20,822 nucleotides of DNA, taken from Candidatus Latescibacterota bacterium. Lineage in GTDB: Bacteria; Latescibacterota; UBA2968. This document shows positions 8,293-15,896 of this stretch, piece by piece. The stretch spans positions 1 through 20,822 of the forward strand of contig JAYODI010000014.1 of NCBI GenBank assembly GCA_038279365.1, written 5' to 3'. Position 1 is the first letter of the stretch. Every line of letters begins with the position of its first letter. A program made the position numbers and the translations under genes. The notes under the pieces were generated by a model. It made no database searches. It saw nothing but the letters and a program-made list of their open reading frames with translations, and was not told the origin of the DNA.

Positions 8293-8937
8293 ATGGCAGA
8301 TTCAGAGCCTGTATCTCCATTTCGTTTGGGGGTATTGGCATCTCATGATGGCACAAATTTCCAGTCTATACTTGATCGTTGTCTAACGGGTGAGATTCCC
8401 GCGCAAGTCAGTGTTGTGATTAGCAACAACAGTCGGTCTGGCGCGGTTCATCGGGCACTCCAATCGGGCATAAACACCTGCCATTTGAGTGGCGAAACAC
8501 ACCCCAATAAAGAAGGCTTGGATCAGGCAATTACGCAGGTTCTGTGTGAACATCAGGTAGACTTGGTCGTGCTTGCTGGCTACATGAAAAAACTCGGGCA
8601 GTGTTTGCTTGAAACATTTAAAGGCCGAGTGATCAATATACATCCCTCTTTGTTGCCTGCTTTTGGTGGGAAAGGGATGTATGGTAAACGTGTGCATCAA
8701 GCCGTTTTGGATCATCGTTGTGCCATAACGGGTGTTACGGTGCATATGGTAGATGGCGAGTATGATCACGGACAAGTGATCGCACAGGAAATCGTGCCCG
8801 TGCTAAGGGGGGATACTGCAGATACATTGGCACGGCGGGTTTTGCAAATGGAGCACAGATTATATCCCAGTGTTGTTCGACGATTGGCACGGGGGCAAAT
8901 TCGAATGACAGGTCACGGCATCAAAACGACCGTTTAG
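8293..8937 (+). CDS. purN: Phosphoribosylglycinamide formyltransferase
   Basis: GVLASHDGTNFQ, VLAGYM, INIHPSLLP, GVTVHMVDGEYDHG and EH motifs; ATG 8293 preferred over TTG 8263. Confidence 0.93.
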   Translation: MADSEPVSPFRLGVLASHDGTNFQSILDRCLTGEIPAQVSVVISNNSRSGAVHRALQSGINTCHLSGETHPNKEGLDQAITQVLCEHQVDLVVLAGYMKKLGQCLLETFKGRVINIHPSLLPAFGGKGMYGKRVHQAVLDHRCAITGVTVHMVDGEYDHGQVIAQEIVPVLRGDTADTLARRVLQMEHRLYPSVVRRLARGQIRMTGHGIKTTV

Positions 8938-8961
8938 CCTTGTTTTGGAGACTATGAATAT

Positions 8962-9981
8962 ATGGCTTTTTCTTTTTCTCGTATGTTGTCGAACGATATT
9001 GGTATCGATCTTGGCACGGCCAATACACTTGTCTATGTGAAAGGGCAAGGGATTGTTGTTAATGAACCTTCCATTGTGGCTTTAGAAAAAAAGACCCGAA
9101 AACCTTTGGCTATTGGGGCCCAAGCCAAGGAGATGTTGGGGCGTGAAAATCCCGACATAGAAGTGGTACGTCCTTTGCGCGATGGTGTGATTGCAGATTT
9201 TGATGTCACCGAAGAGATGTTGCGGTTTTTTATTAAAAAAGTACAAAAAAATAAACTTTTGGTTCGGCCACGTATTGTGATATGTGTTCCTTCAGGAGTC
9301 ACGGCTGTAGAAATGCGTGCCGTTCGAGAATCTGCCGAACGCGCAGGGGCACGAGAAGTGTATCTGATTAAAGAACCGATGGCTGCTGCCATTGGCATTG
9401 GTCTGCCCGTAGAAGAAGCTATTGGTTCAATGGTGATTGATATTGGTGGTGGCACAACCGAAATTGCCGTTATCGCATTGTCGGGCATCGTTACGGCTCG
9501 ATCCATCAAAACGGCGGGTGATGAACTAACCGAGGCCATTGTGCAATTTATGAAGCGCAAACACAACCTCTTGGTAGGGCAACGTACTGCCGAAAAGATT
9601 AAGTGTGCCATTGGTTCTGCTGGTGCATTAGATGAAGAGTTGCAACACACGTGTCGTGGCTTGGAATTGGTTCAGTCTATACCCAAAACCATTATTGTTG
9701 ATTCAACCGAAATTGCAGAGGCGTTGGCAGAATCGGTCAGTTCCATTATTGACGCAGTGCGTCAAACGCTTGAACAAACGCCACCTGAATTGGCTGCTGA
9801 TATTTTGGATCGGGGTATCATTATGACGGGTGGTGGAGCACTGTTAAAAGGTTTGGATCGCAGATTGGTAGAAGAAACCAGTTTGCCCGTGATTGTTGCA
9901 GATGATCCGCTTACCTGTGTTGTGCGAGGTACGGGCAAAGTTTTGGAAGATATTGAAGGCTACCAAAAAGTTCTTGAATAG
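8962..9981 (+). CDS. mreB: Rod shape-determining protein MreB
   Basis: IGIDLGTANTLV, RPLRDGVIADF, EPMAAAIG, DIGGGTTE and TGGGALL motifs; GGAG RBS. Confidence 0.98.
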   Translation: MAFSFSRMLSNDIGIDLGTANTLVYVKGQGIVVNEPSIVALEKKTRKPLAIGAQAKEMLGRENPDIEVVRPLRDGVIADFDVTEEMLRFFIKKVQKNKLLVRPRIVICVPSGVTAVEMRAVRESAERAGAREVYLIKEPMAAAIGIGLPVEEAIGSMVIDIGGGTTEIAVIALSGIVTARSIKTAGDELTEAIVQFMKRKHNLLVGQRTAEKIKCAIGSAGALDEELQHTCRGLELVQSIPKTIIVDSTEIAEALAESVSSIIDAVRQTLEQTPPELAADILDRGIIMTGGGALLKGLDRRLVEETSLPVIVADDPLTCVVRGTGKVLEDIEGYQKVLE

Positions 9982-9987
9982 GATGAT

Positions 9988-10791
9988 ATGCAACGATTAT
10001 ATGCATTTTTAGGCGATCACAGGGGTTATGTAATATTGTCAGGAGCTGTGATCCTGTCTTTGGTGATGTTGTCTCTCGATATGGCCACGCGTTTACAATT
10101 TGCCCGGGGGGTGACCACTGGGCTGATGTCTGTTGGTCACCGTGTTTTCGCGTGGCCTTTAGATTTGGCAAGTTTGCGGTTTGAAAATGGGGTTTTGCGT
10201 GAGCAAAATCTAAGGTTATCCTTGGAGTTGTTGCGCTTGCGCGAGGCCCGTTTGGAAAATACGCGGCTGCGTCAATTGTTACAGTTTCGATCTGCTCAGG
10301 CCACAGCAGACAATTTTATTGCGGCCAAAGTTTTGGCGCGAAATCCTGCCCGTATTTTAAATACCATTTTGATAGATTTGGGCTCCCGCCAAGGGCTTAC
10401 ACCACGCATGCCCGTCGTCACTGCTGATGGGTTGGTGGGGCGTGTGTTGGAAGTGCATGAGCAAACATCTATTGTACAATTGCTTTTAGATCGCAATTGT
10501 CGGGTCAGTGCCGTTGTGCAACGGCAAAATCGAACCCAAGGCATTGTAACATGTGAAAATGGGGTTTTTTATCTACAAAATGTGGGAGTGCGCAGTGATA
10601 TTGAAGTTGGCGATGTGGTTGTGTCTTCGGGGTTGGGGGATGTGTTTCCAGGAGGGCTTTATATTGGACGTGTAGAGTCTTTGGGGGAGGCTGGGCAAGA
10701 GTTGTTTCGACAGGTAATTATAGCCCCTGGTGTTAACTTTTCCAATTTGGAAGAAGTGTTTGTTTTAAAAGATGTGGATTTGCAAAAATAA
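9988..10791 (+). CDS. mreC: Rod shape-determining protein MreC
   Basis: N-terminal TM helix, coiled coil ENTRLRQLL, IDLGSRQG, GLVGRV, GDVVVSSGLGDVFPGG and LEEVFV; directly follows mreB. Confidence 0.95.
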   Translation: MQRLYAFLGDHRGYVILSGAVILSLVMLSLDMATRLQFARGVTTGLMSVGHRVFAWPLDLASLRFENGVLREQNLRLSLELLRLREARLENTRLRQLLQFRSAQATADNFIAAKVLARNPARILNTILIDLGSRQGLTPRMPVVTADGLVGRVLEVHEQTSIVQLLLDRNCRVSAVVQRQNRTQGIVTCENGVFYLQNVGVRSDIEVGDVVVSSGLGDVFPGGLYIGRVESLGEAGQELFRQVIIAPGVNFSNLEEVFVLKDVDLQK

Positions 10792-10827
10792 AAGCCTTGG
10801 AATTGATCTTCCAAGGCTTTTATTTTT
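10784..10827. terminator. Bidirectional intrinsic terminator between convergent mreC and the flavin oxidoreductase
   Basis: Perfect 19-bp inverted repeat AAAAATAAAAGCCTTGGAA / TTCCAAGGCTTTTATTTTT with 6-nt loop. Confidence 0.88.
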
Positions 10828-10839
10828 ATGGCGTAAATG

Positions 10840-12306
10840 TTATAACTGAATATTCTTTTTGATCTCCCTGAGGGCAGCGCCTTCAGGGGATTTTTTATAG
10901 AAGGCATCTAAGGGGAAACATCCAGAAATCATGCCGTTTCGTGGGGCGGTGGTGCAATCGCTAAAGGTACGGCATATTTTACGTTTGATCATTTCACCAT
11001 TTTGAAGAACGTCAATGGGTAAGTCTGGATAAGACAGAACCATACGGCCCAAACCGATGAAGTCAACCATGTTGTCACCCACTAATTTTTGCCCCACGTG
11101 AGGCAAAAATTCTTGTAAGTAAGAATACGCAGAGCCAACAAAGAGAAAATCGGGATAGGCTTTTTTAATTTGGGCCACAATGGCCACTTGACGCGCCACG
11201 CCCACAAGCGGGTCTTCTGGGGGTTGGTAACCGTCTGATGGTGGATAATAGGCTGGGCGCTGAATGTGTGGGTTGTAGTAGGGGCTGCCCGCAGAGAGGT
11301 TTACCAGTGTAATGTTCATTTCACGAAGCAAGTCTAAAAACTTAAATGTTTCAGAAAGTTGCGCTTCTACTGGGTTGTCAAAATTGGTGCCAAAACCATA
11401 TTCGTAGGGCAAATGTTCTGTGAATTCTTCGGGGATGCCTGGTCCTAATTTTTTGCCTTCCGATTTGCTGGGGTCGGGTTTAAAGGGCACAAAATCAAAT
11501 GCACTTAAACGAACACCAATTTGAAGGTTTGGGTGTTTGGCACGAATGCCTTCGACAATTTCACGTAAAAAACGTGTGCGGTTTTCAAAAGAGCCACCAT
11601 AGAGGCCAGGGCGTGTAAATGCGCTTAAAAACTCATGACCCAAATACCCATGACAGTGTTTGATGTCTACAAAGTGATATCCCAAATCAGCAGCCATGTC
11701 AGCCGCTTTGTGATAATCTTCAATAAGGCCTTTAATGTCGTCATCCGAAAGCAAGTTGGCATCGGAAGTGATGCCAAACTTTCTGTCGAGAATCGGGTGG
11801 CGATAGACTGTTTGAGGTTCGAGTTTGGCTTTGTCAAATGGGCGACAAAAGCGACCCGAGTGTGTCAGTTGCAACCCAATATAAAGGTCGTCTGTGTTGC
11901 CCACATGTTCTTTGTGTGCAGCAATTAGTGTTTCTCTGAGTTTTCCAATGCCTGCTTTGGTATGTTCTGCGGCAATCAATTGATTGGGGTTTGCACGTCC
12001 TTCCGGACGCACGGCAACAGCTTCGCCACCCCAAATGAGCTTTGCACCGCTTAGACCAAAGTTATGCCATCGGCGAATGGTATATTCTGAAGGATTGCCA
12101 TCCGTTTCGGCATCCCAACCTTCCATGGGATGAATACAAAAGCGGTTGCCAATCGTAAATCCACCATATTCTGCTGTTTGTGCTAAGGGTGATTCGGGGG
12201 CTTTGAGAATTTCATCGTCACAGGGCAATTCGATATTTTGATCTTTCATGTGAGCCCGAAATTCATCAACTGTTTTGTGGTGGCCAACGCGAACATAATC
12301 TGCCAT
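10840..12306 (-). CDS. NADH:flavin oxidoreductase / Old Yellow Enzyme family protein
   Basis: NRFCIHPMEG, GLQLTHSGR, DIKHCHGYLGHEFLS, YGGSFENRTRF and IGLGR motifs; C-terminal CRTFSDC...C; AAGGAG RBS. Confidence 0.9.
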   Translation of the reverse strand: MADYVRVGHHKTVDEFRAHMKDQNIELPCDDEILKAPESPLAQTAEYGGFTIGNRFCIHPMEGWDAETDGNPSEYTIRRWHNFGLSGAKLIWGGEAVAVRPEGRANPNQLIAAEHTKAGIGKLRETLIAAHKEHVGNTDDLYIGLQLTHSGRFCRPFDKAKLEPQTVYRHPILDRKFGITSDANLLSDDDIKGLIEDYHKAADMAADLGYHFVDIKHCHGYLGHEFLSAFTRPGLYGGSFENRTRFLREIVEGIRAKHPNLQIGVRLSAFDFVPFKPDPSKSEGKKLGPGIPEEFTEHLPYEYGFGTNFDNPVEAQLSETFKFLDLLREMNITLVNLSAGSPYYNPHIQRPAYYPPSDGYQPPEDPLVGVARQVAIVAQIKKAYPDFLFVGSAYSYLQEFLPHVGQKLVGDNMVDFIGLGRMVLSYPDLPIDVLQNGEMIKRKICRTFSDCTTAPRNGMISGCFPLDAFYKKSPEGAALREIKKNIQL

Positions 12307-12358
12307 GGAAACTCCTTGGTCAATAATTCAATTGATTTCTTTTTGTTTGAGAGGTATG

Positions 12359-12387
12359 AATATAAATAAGGTTTGCAATACAAGCAA
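12359..12387 (-). promoter_or_regulatory. Putative sigma70 promoter for the flavin oxidoreductase
   Basis: Minus strand TTGCTT, 17-nt spacer, TATATT. Confidence 0.45.
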
Positions 12388-12408
12388 TTGTTCTAAAAGG
12401 AGAGCCCC

Positions 12409-13374
12409 ATGCAAAATGGCAGTGCAACCATCGTAGTACCAGGGGATGAACCCACGCAAATAGCAGGGTCACCCCATTTGGAAAAACTCAAACCCTATGG
12501 TCATGTGACGCTTTTTGATACCCGCCCAAGCTCCAAAGAGGAACAGGTTGAACGGGTTAGGGATGCCCATATCATCATGAATACGCGTGGGGCTGTGAAA
12601 TGGGGAGAGGCAGAGTTTGCCCAATTGCCCAACTTAAAGATGATAACCACGTGTTCTATTGGAACCGATATGATTGACCTGATATCGGCCAAAAAACATG
12701 GCATTGTGGTATGTAACCAACCAGGTCGCACGGCTCCTGTGGTGGCTGAGCACATGTTTGGGTTGATGTTTGCCATATCAAAGCGTGCCGCATATTCAAC
12801 GGCGCAAATGAAGGCCGGACAGTGGCCCAGAAAAGACAATGTGATGCTTCAGGGTAAAACCTTGGGTATTGTAGGAACGGGAAATATAGGTGCAGAAATG
12901 GCGCGTCTGGCGCGTGCCGTGGGCTTGGAAGTGATTGCTTGGACCTTTAACCCTTCATCAGCGCGTGCCAAAACGTTGGGGGTTCGTTTTGTTGAATTAG
13001 ACGAATTGCTACAAAAATCGGATGTGGTGAGCTTGCATGTGGCTTTGACAGATGATACACGTGGTATGATAGGTGCGCGTGAATTTGGCATGATGAAACC
13101 GGGTGCATTGTTTTTAAATGGTGCCAGAGGAGCAGTGGTCGATACACCCTCTTTGGTGGATGCGCTAAACAGCGGTCATTTGGGTGGGGCAGGGATAGAT
13201 GTTTTTGAAGAAGAACCTCCTCCGGCAGATTTGGCCCTTTTGCAATGTGAGCAAGTGGTACTCACCCCACATTGTGCAGATATGACGCCCGAAGGTGTGG
13301 ATTTGCTCAACAGTGGGGCAGTTGAGAACGTGATCGCATTTTTAGAAGGGCGTGTACAAAATACTGTTGGGTAG
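12409..13374 (+). CDS. D-isomer-specific 2-hydroxyacid dehydrogenase (SerA/glycerate dehydrogenase-like, no ACT domain)
   Basis: VAEH, GKTLGIVGTGNIG, SDVVSLH, NGARG, IDVFEEEP and LTPH motifs; AAGGAG RBS. Confidence 0.92.
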   Translation: MQNGSATIVVPGDEPTQIAGSPHLEKLKPYGHVTLFDTRPSSKEEQVERVRDAHIIMNTRGAVKWGEAEFAQLPNLKMITTCSIGTDMIDLISAKKHGIVVCNQPGRTAPVVAEHMFGLMFAISKRAAYSTAQMKAGQWPRKDNVMLQGKTLGIVGTGNIGAEMARLARAVGLEVIAWTFNPSSARAKTLGVRFVELDELLQKSDVVSLHVALTDDTRGMIGAREFGMMKPGALFLNGARGAVVDTPSLVDALNSGHLGGAGIDVFEEEPPPADLALLQCEQVVLTPHCADMTPEGVDLLNSGAVENVIAFLEGRVQNTVG

Positions 13375-13408
13375 GAAGTTTCTGCCCAAACAGGCAAAAA
13401 ATACACCA

Positions 13409-13447
13409 AAAGGGATTGGGGTTTGTAATGACCCAATCCCTTTATTT
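13409..13447 (+). terminator. Intrinsic terminator after the dehydrogenase
   Basis: AAAGGGATTGGG (13409-13420) / CCCAATCCCTTT (13432-13443) 12-bp stem followed by a T-rich tail. Confidence 0.75.
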
Positions 13448-13484
13448 GATTGATTTAAAAGGTTTTAGGGGCTTGGCTGGATGA

Positions 13485-13501
13485 TTGGCATAGCGTTCGC
13501 T
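13485..13501 (+). promoter_or_regulatory. Sigma54 (-24/-12) promoter for flgC
   Basis: TTGGCATAGCGTTCGCT gives exact GG-N10-GC spacing and resembles TGGCAC-N5-TTGC; lies 55 nt upstream of a flagellar gene. Confidence 0.7.
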
Positions 13502-13556
13502 AAAAGAAAAGGCATCGCGGAATCATTCACCCTGTTGAAGCAAGAGGATCATCCTT

Positions 13557-14108
13557 ATGCCCATTTCTGAAAGTGTTACACTGAGTCGATCTGCATCAGG
13601 TTATGCCCCTCAACGTTCGGGCATTTTTGATTCGCTCGATGTGAGCGCAACAGGTCTTTCGGCACAACGCCGAAAGCTTAATGCCATTGCCAGCAACATT
13701 GCTAATGTGGATACCACGCGCACCGAAGAAGGTGGCGCATACAAACGCAAACGCGTGATGATGATTGAGTCACCTCACATGGCGCGTTTTCGCAATATTT
13801 TACACGCCGAACAAAATAGGTTATCAAGCACCAATCAAAACCATATGCCAGGGGGGCCTGAACCTACAATTGATGAATTGTTAGGGTCGGGGGTCGAAAC
13901 AGCCGAAATTCGTGAAGAACCCATCGAACCACGTTTGGTTTATGACCCAGCCCACCCCGATGCACGCGAAGATGGATATGTCGTTTATCCCGATATTAAC
14001 GTGGTCACCGAAATGGTGGATATGATTTCTGCATCTCGCGCTTATGAAGCCAATGTAACGGCGATGAATGCCTCTAAAGAAATGATTACCAAAGCTCTTG
14101 AAATCTAA
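13557..14108 (+). CDS. flgC: Flagellar basal-body rod protein FlgC
   Basis: SATGLSAQRRKLNAIASNIANVDTTRT...YKRK, VYDPAHPDA..DGYV.YPDIN and EMVDMISASRAYEAN motifs; GAGGA RBS. Confidence 0.95.
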   Translation: MPISESVTLSRSASGYAPQRSGIFDSLDVSATGLSAQRRKLNAIASNIANVDTTRTEEGGAYKRKRVMMIESPHMARFRNILHAEQNRLSSTNQNHMPGGPEPTIDELLGSGVETAEIREEPIEPRLVYDPAHPDAREDGYVVYPDINVVTEMVDMISASRAYEANVTAMNASKEMITKALEI

Positions 14109-14115
14109 AAAAATA

Positions 14116-14255
14116 TAAACGCCTAAGCGTTTAAGGATCTACTATCCCTCCACGAATCTGACCTTGAATGCAGGATCGCTCTCCCCCTTTTGAATGATCC
14201 TGTCCTTCCTCTGAAGCGGTATTCGACACCCTCGTCGAATACCGCTTTATTTTTT
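14116..14255 (+). ncRNA. Candidate structured 3'-UTR element or sRNA with C/U-rich loops
   Basis: Serial hairpins at 14116-14133, about 14133-14165, 14171-14202 and 14214-14247, with exposed TCCCTCC, TCCCCCT, TCCTTCCTC and ACCCTC. Confidence 0.45.
14214..14255 (+). terminator. Intrinsic terminator of the flgC transcript
   Basis: Perfect 14-bp stem AAGCGGTATTCGAC / GTCGAATACCGCTT, loop ACCCTC, then TATTTTTT. Confidence 0.85.
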
Positions 14256-14280
14256 GTTATAATTTGGTATTCAAATGTTG

Positions 14281-14321
14281 AAAAAAAAAGCGTTGGTTTA
14301 ATAATTGACCAACGCTTTTTT
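14281..14321 (-). terminator. Intrinsic terminator of asd (also U-tailed on the plus strand)
   Basis: AAAAAAGCGTTGGT / ACCAACGCTTTTTT 14-bp inverted repeat; the A9 run gives a U-tail on the minus strand. Confidence 0.82.
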
Positions 14322-14373
14322 ATTTTCCTTCAGGAGATAGGCACAGGCACTTACGTTGCATATGCATTGCCCA

Positions 14374-15459
14374 TTATTTGGCTTGTAAATAGCCTTCTCT
14401 GTGGAGAAGTTCGGCCATTAAAACCGCGCCACCAGCCGCACCGCGCACAGTGTTGTGGCTTAGGGCTATGAAGCGATAATCAAACACATTGTCATCACGC
14501 AAACGCCCCAGTGAAATGCCCATGCCATTGCCTGCATCGCGGTCAAGGCGCGTTTGTGGGCGATTTTCTTCGGTGAGGTAGTTGAGAAACGGTTTTGGTG
14601 AGGAGGGTAAGCCCGTTCCTCTTGGATCACCTTGAAATGTCTGCCAGCAAGCAATAATTTCGTCTGCACTGGGTTTGGTTTCAAATGACACCGATACAGC
14701 AGCCAAATGACCGTCACTAACGGGCACACGAACACACTGCGCAGAAATGGCAGGTGTGCGTGCAGGTACAATTTCACCTTTGACCATTTTTCCCCAAATT
14801 TTGAGTGGTTCACGAATGCTTTTTTCTTCTTCACCACCAATAAATGGAATAACGTTGTCTGCCATTTCTGGATAAGTCTCAAATGTTTTTCCTGCACCAG
14901 AAAGTGCTTGGTAGGTGCATACCGACGCTTTTGTTGGAACAAACTCTGCCAAGGCATGAAAAGCGGGCACGTAGGGTTGGATGGAGCAGTTGGGTTTTAC
15001 AGCAATAAACCCATTTTTGGTACCGAGCCTTTTTCGTTGTGCAGGAATAATTTCGACGTGCTCTGGATTCACTTCGGGAATGAACATGGGCACATCAGGC
15101 GTCCAACGATGGGCCGAGTTGTTGGACACCACGGGGGTTTCTGCTAAGGCATAAGCATCTTCTAGGTCGCGAATGGCGTCTTTTTCCATATCCAATGCAC
15201 AACAAACAAAATCAACCTTGTTGGTGATGCTTTCAATGGCATCTACGCGTTGTACTTTGAGGTTGGCAATGTGTTCGGGAATGGCAACATCCTTTTGCGT
15301 CCAACGACCTTCCACCGCTTCTAGGAATGTTTTGCCTGCAGATCTGGGGCTTGCGGCCACAGAAACCACTTCGAAATAGGGGTGGTCTGCCAAGAGGGTA
15401 ATAAACCGTTGGCCCACCATACCAGTGGCGCCCAATACGCCCACTTTGAGTTTGGACAT
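14374..15459 (-). CDS. asd: Aspartate-semialdehyde dehydrogenase (asd_EA / clostridial-type)
   Basis: KVGVLGATGMVGQRF, VVSNNSAHR, KPNCS (catalytic Cys), QALSGAG, RVPVSDGH and SHNTVRGAAGG motifs; ATG 15459 after AAAGGA. Confidence 0.96.
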   Translation of the reverse strand: MSKLKVGVLGATGMVGQRFITLLADHPYFEVVSVAASPRSAGKTFLEAVEGRWTQKDVAIPEHIANLKVQRVDAIESITNKVDFVCCALDMEKDAIRDLEDAYALAETPVVSNNSAHRWTPDVPMFIPEVNPEHVEIIPAQRKRLGTKNGFIAVKPNCSIQPYVPAFHALAEFVPTKASVCTYQALSGAGKTFETYPEMADNVIPFIGGEEEKSIREPLKIWGKMVKGEIVPARTPAISAQCVRVPVSDGHLAAVSVSFETKPSADEIIACWQTFQGDPRGTGLPSSPKPFLNYLTEENRPQTRLDRDAGNGMGISLGRLRDDNVFDYRFIALSHNTVRGAAGGAVLMAELLHREGYLQAK

Positions 15460-15487
15460 GAAGCATCCTTTCTTCGGATCTGGGAAT

Positions 15488-15534
15488 AAAAAAACAGTCG
15501 GTTGCCTAATGTAAAGGTAGAGGCATGCCGACTG
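15488..15534 (-). terminator. Riboswitch-controlled transcription terminator in the asd leader
   Basis: mRNA reads CAGUCGGCAUGCCU - loop CUACCUUUACAUU - AGGCAACCGACUG - UUUUUUU. Confidence 0.85.
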
Positions 15535-15560
15535 CGAATATGTAACGCAGAGATCAACAC

Positions 15561-15740
15561 CCAAGAGAGCGCTCCACAGGTTTTTTGCCCTGTGACAGTT
15601 TTGCAGATATTATCTGACAGAACCAGACAATGCACGTTGCGGAACGTGTATTGACTTCGGCATCTTCACCCTTTCTACCAACCATCCAGATCCGCTTCTT
15701 GTGTTGGTTTACTATTGAGAAGATGCGCCTCTACCCTTGA
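15561..15740 (-). ncRNA. Lysine riboswitch (L-box) aptamer
   Basis: Minus strand has AGAGGCGC...AUAGUA...GAAAGG...GCCGAA...CUGG...AAUA...ACUGUC...GGAGCGCU in canonical order over about 180 nt; complementary kissing loops GCGGA/UCCGC; upstream of asd. Confidence 0.93.
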
Positions 15741-15748
15741 TGGCAAAA

Positions 15749-15777
15749 AAGATCAAGCATTGTGGGTTTTATGTCAA
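15749..15777 (-). promoter_or_regulatory. Putative sigma70 promoter for the riboswitch-asd transcript
   Basis: Minus strand TTGACA (15777-15772), 17-nt spacer, weak -10 GATCTT; predicted start near 15741, at the aptamer 5' end. Confidence 0.55.
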
Positions 15778-15810
15778 GAAAAATTAAACAGGTACCCTTG
15801 TTTTGAATGA

Positions 15811-15839
15811 TTGACTTATTGTAAGCCGATACTTACTAT
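15811..15839 (+). promoter_or_regulatory. Sigma70 promoter for the glaH operon
   Basis: TTGACT (15811-15816), 17-nt spacer, TACTAT (15834-15839). Confidence 0.65.
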
Positions 15840-15896
15840 GTGTTTGTTCCAATAAGCAGGTAGAGACCAGGGTAAGATGGTGGAGGTTTTGTTTTT

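Noticed and set aside
9033-9650. 205-aa antisense ORF over mreB (likewise 3249-3863 over hemC and other short overlapping ORFs)
   Set aside because: Antisense or alternate-frame shadows of conserved genes with no recognisable motifs
13441-13467. Possible IHF site upstream of the sigma54 promoter
   Set aside because: Only the AATCAA half matches; the TTR part of WATCAANNNNTTR is missing
14255-14263. Extended -10 element TGTTATAAT on the plus strand
   Set aside because: Lies in an AT-rich terminator tail and would run straight into the next terminator; probably chance
14190-14471. 93-aa plus-strand ORF after flgC
   Set aside because: TTG start without an SD, crosses two terminators and overlaps asd; no resemblance to FliE
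15460-15564. N-terminal extension of Asd in the ORF track, or a leader peptide
   Set aside because: The region is the riboswitch expression platform; the real start is ATG 15459 with an SD
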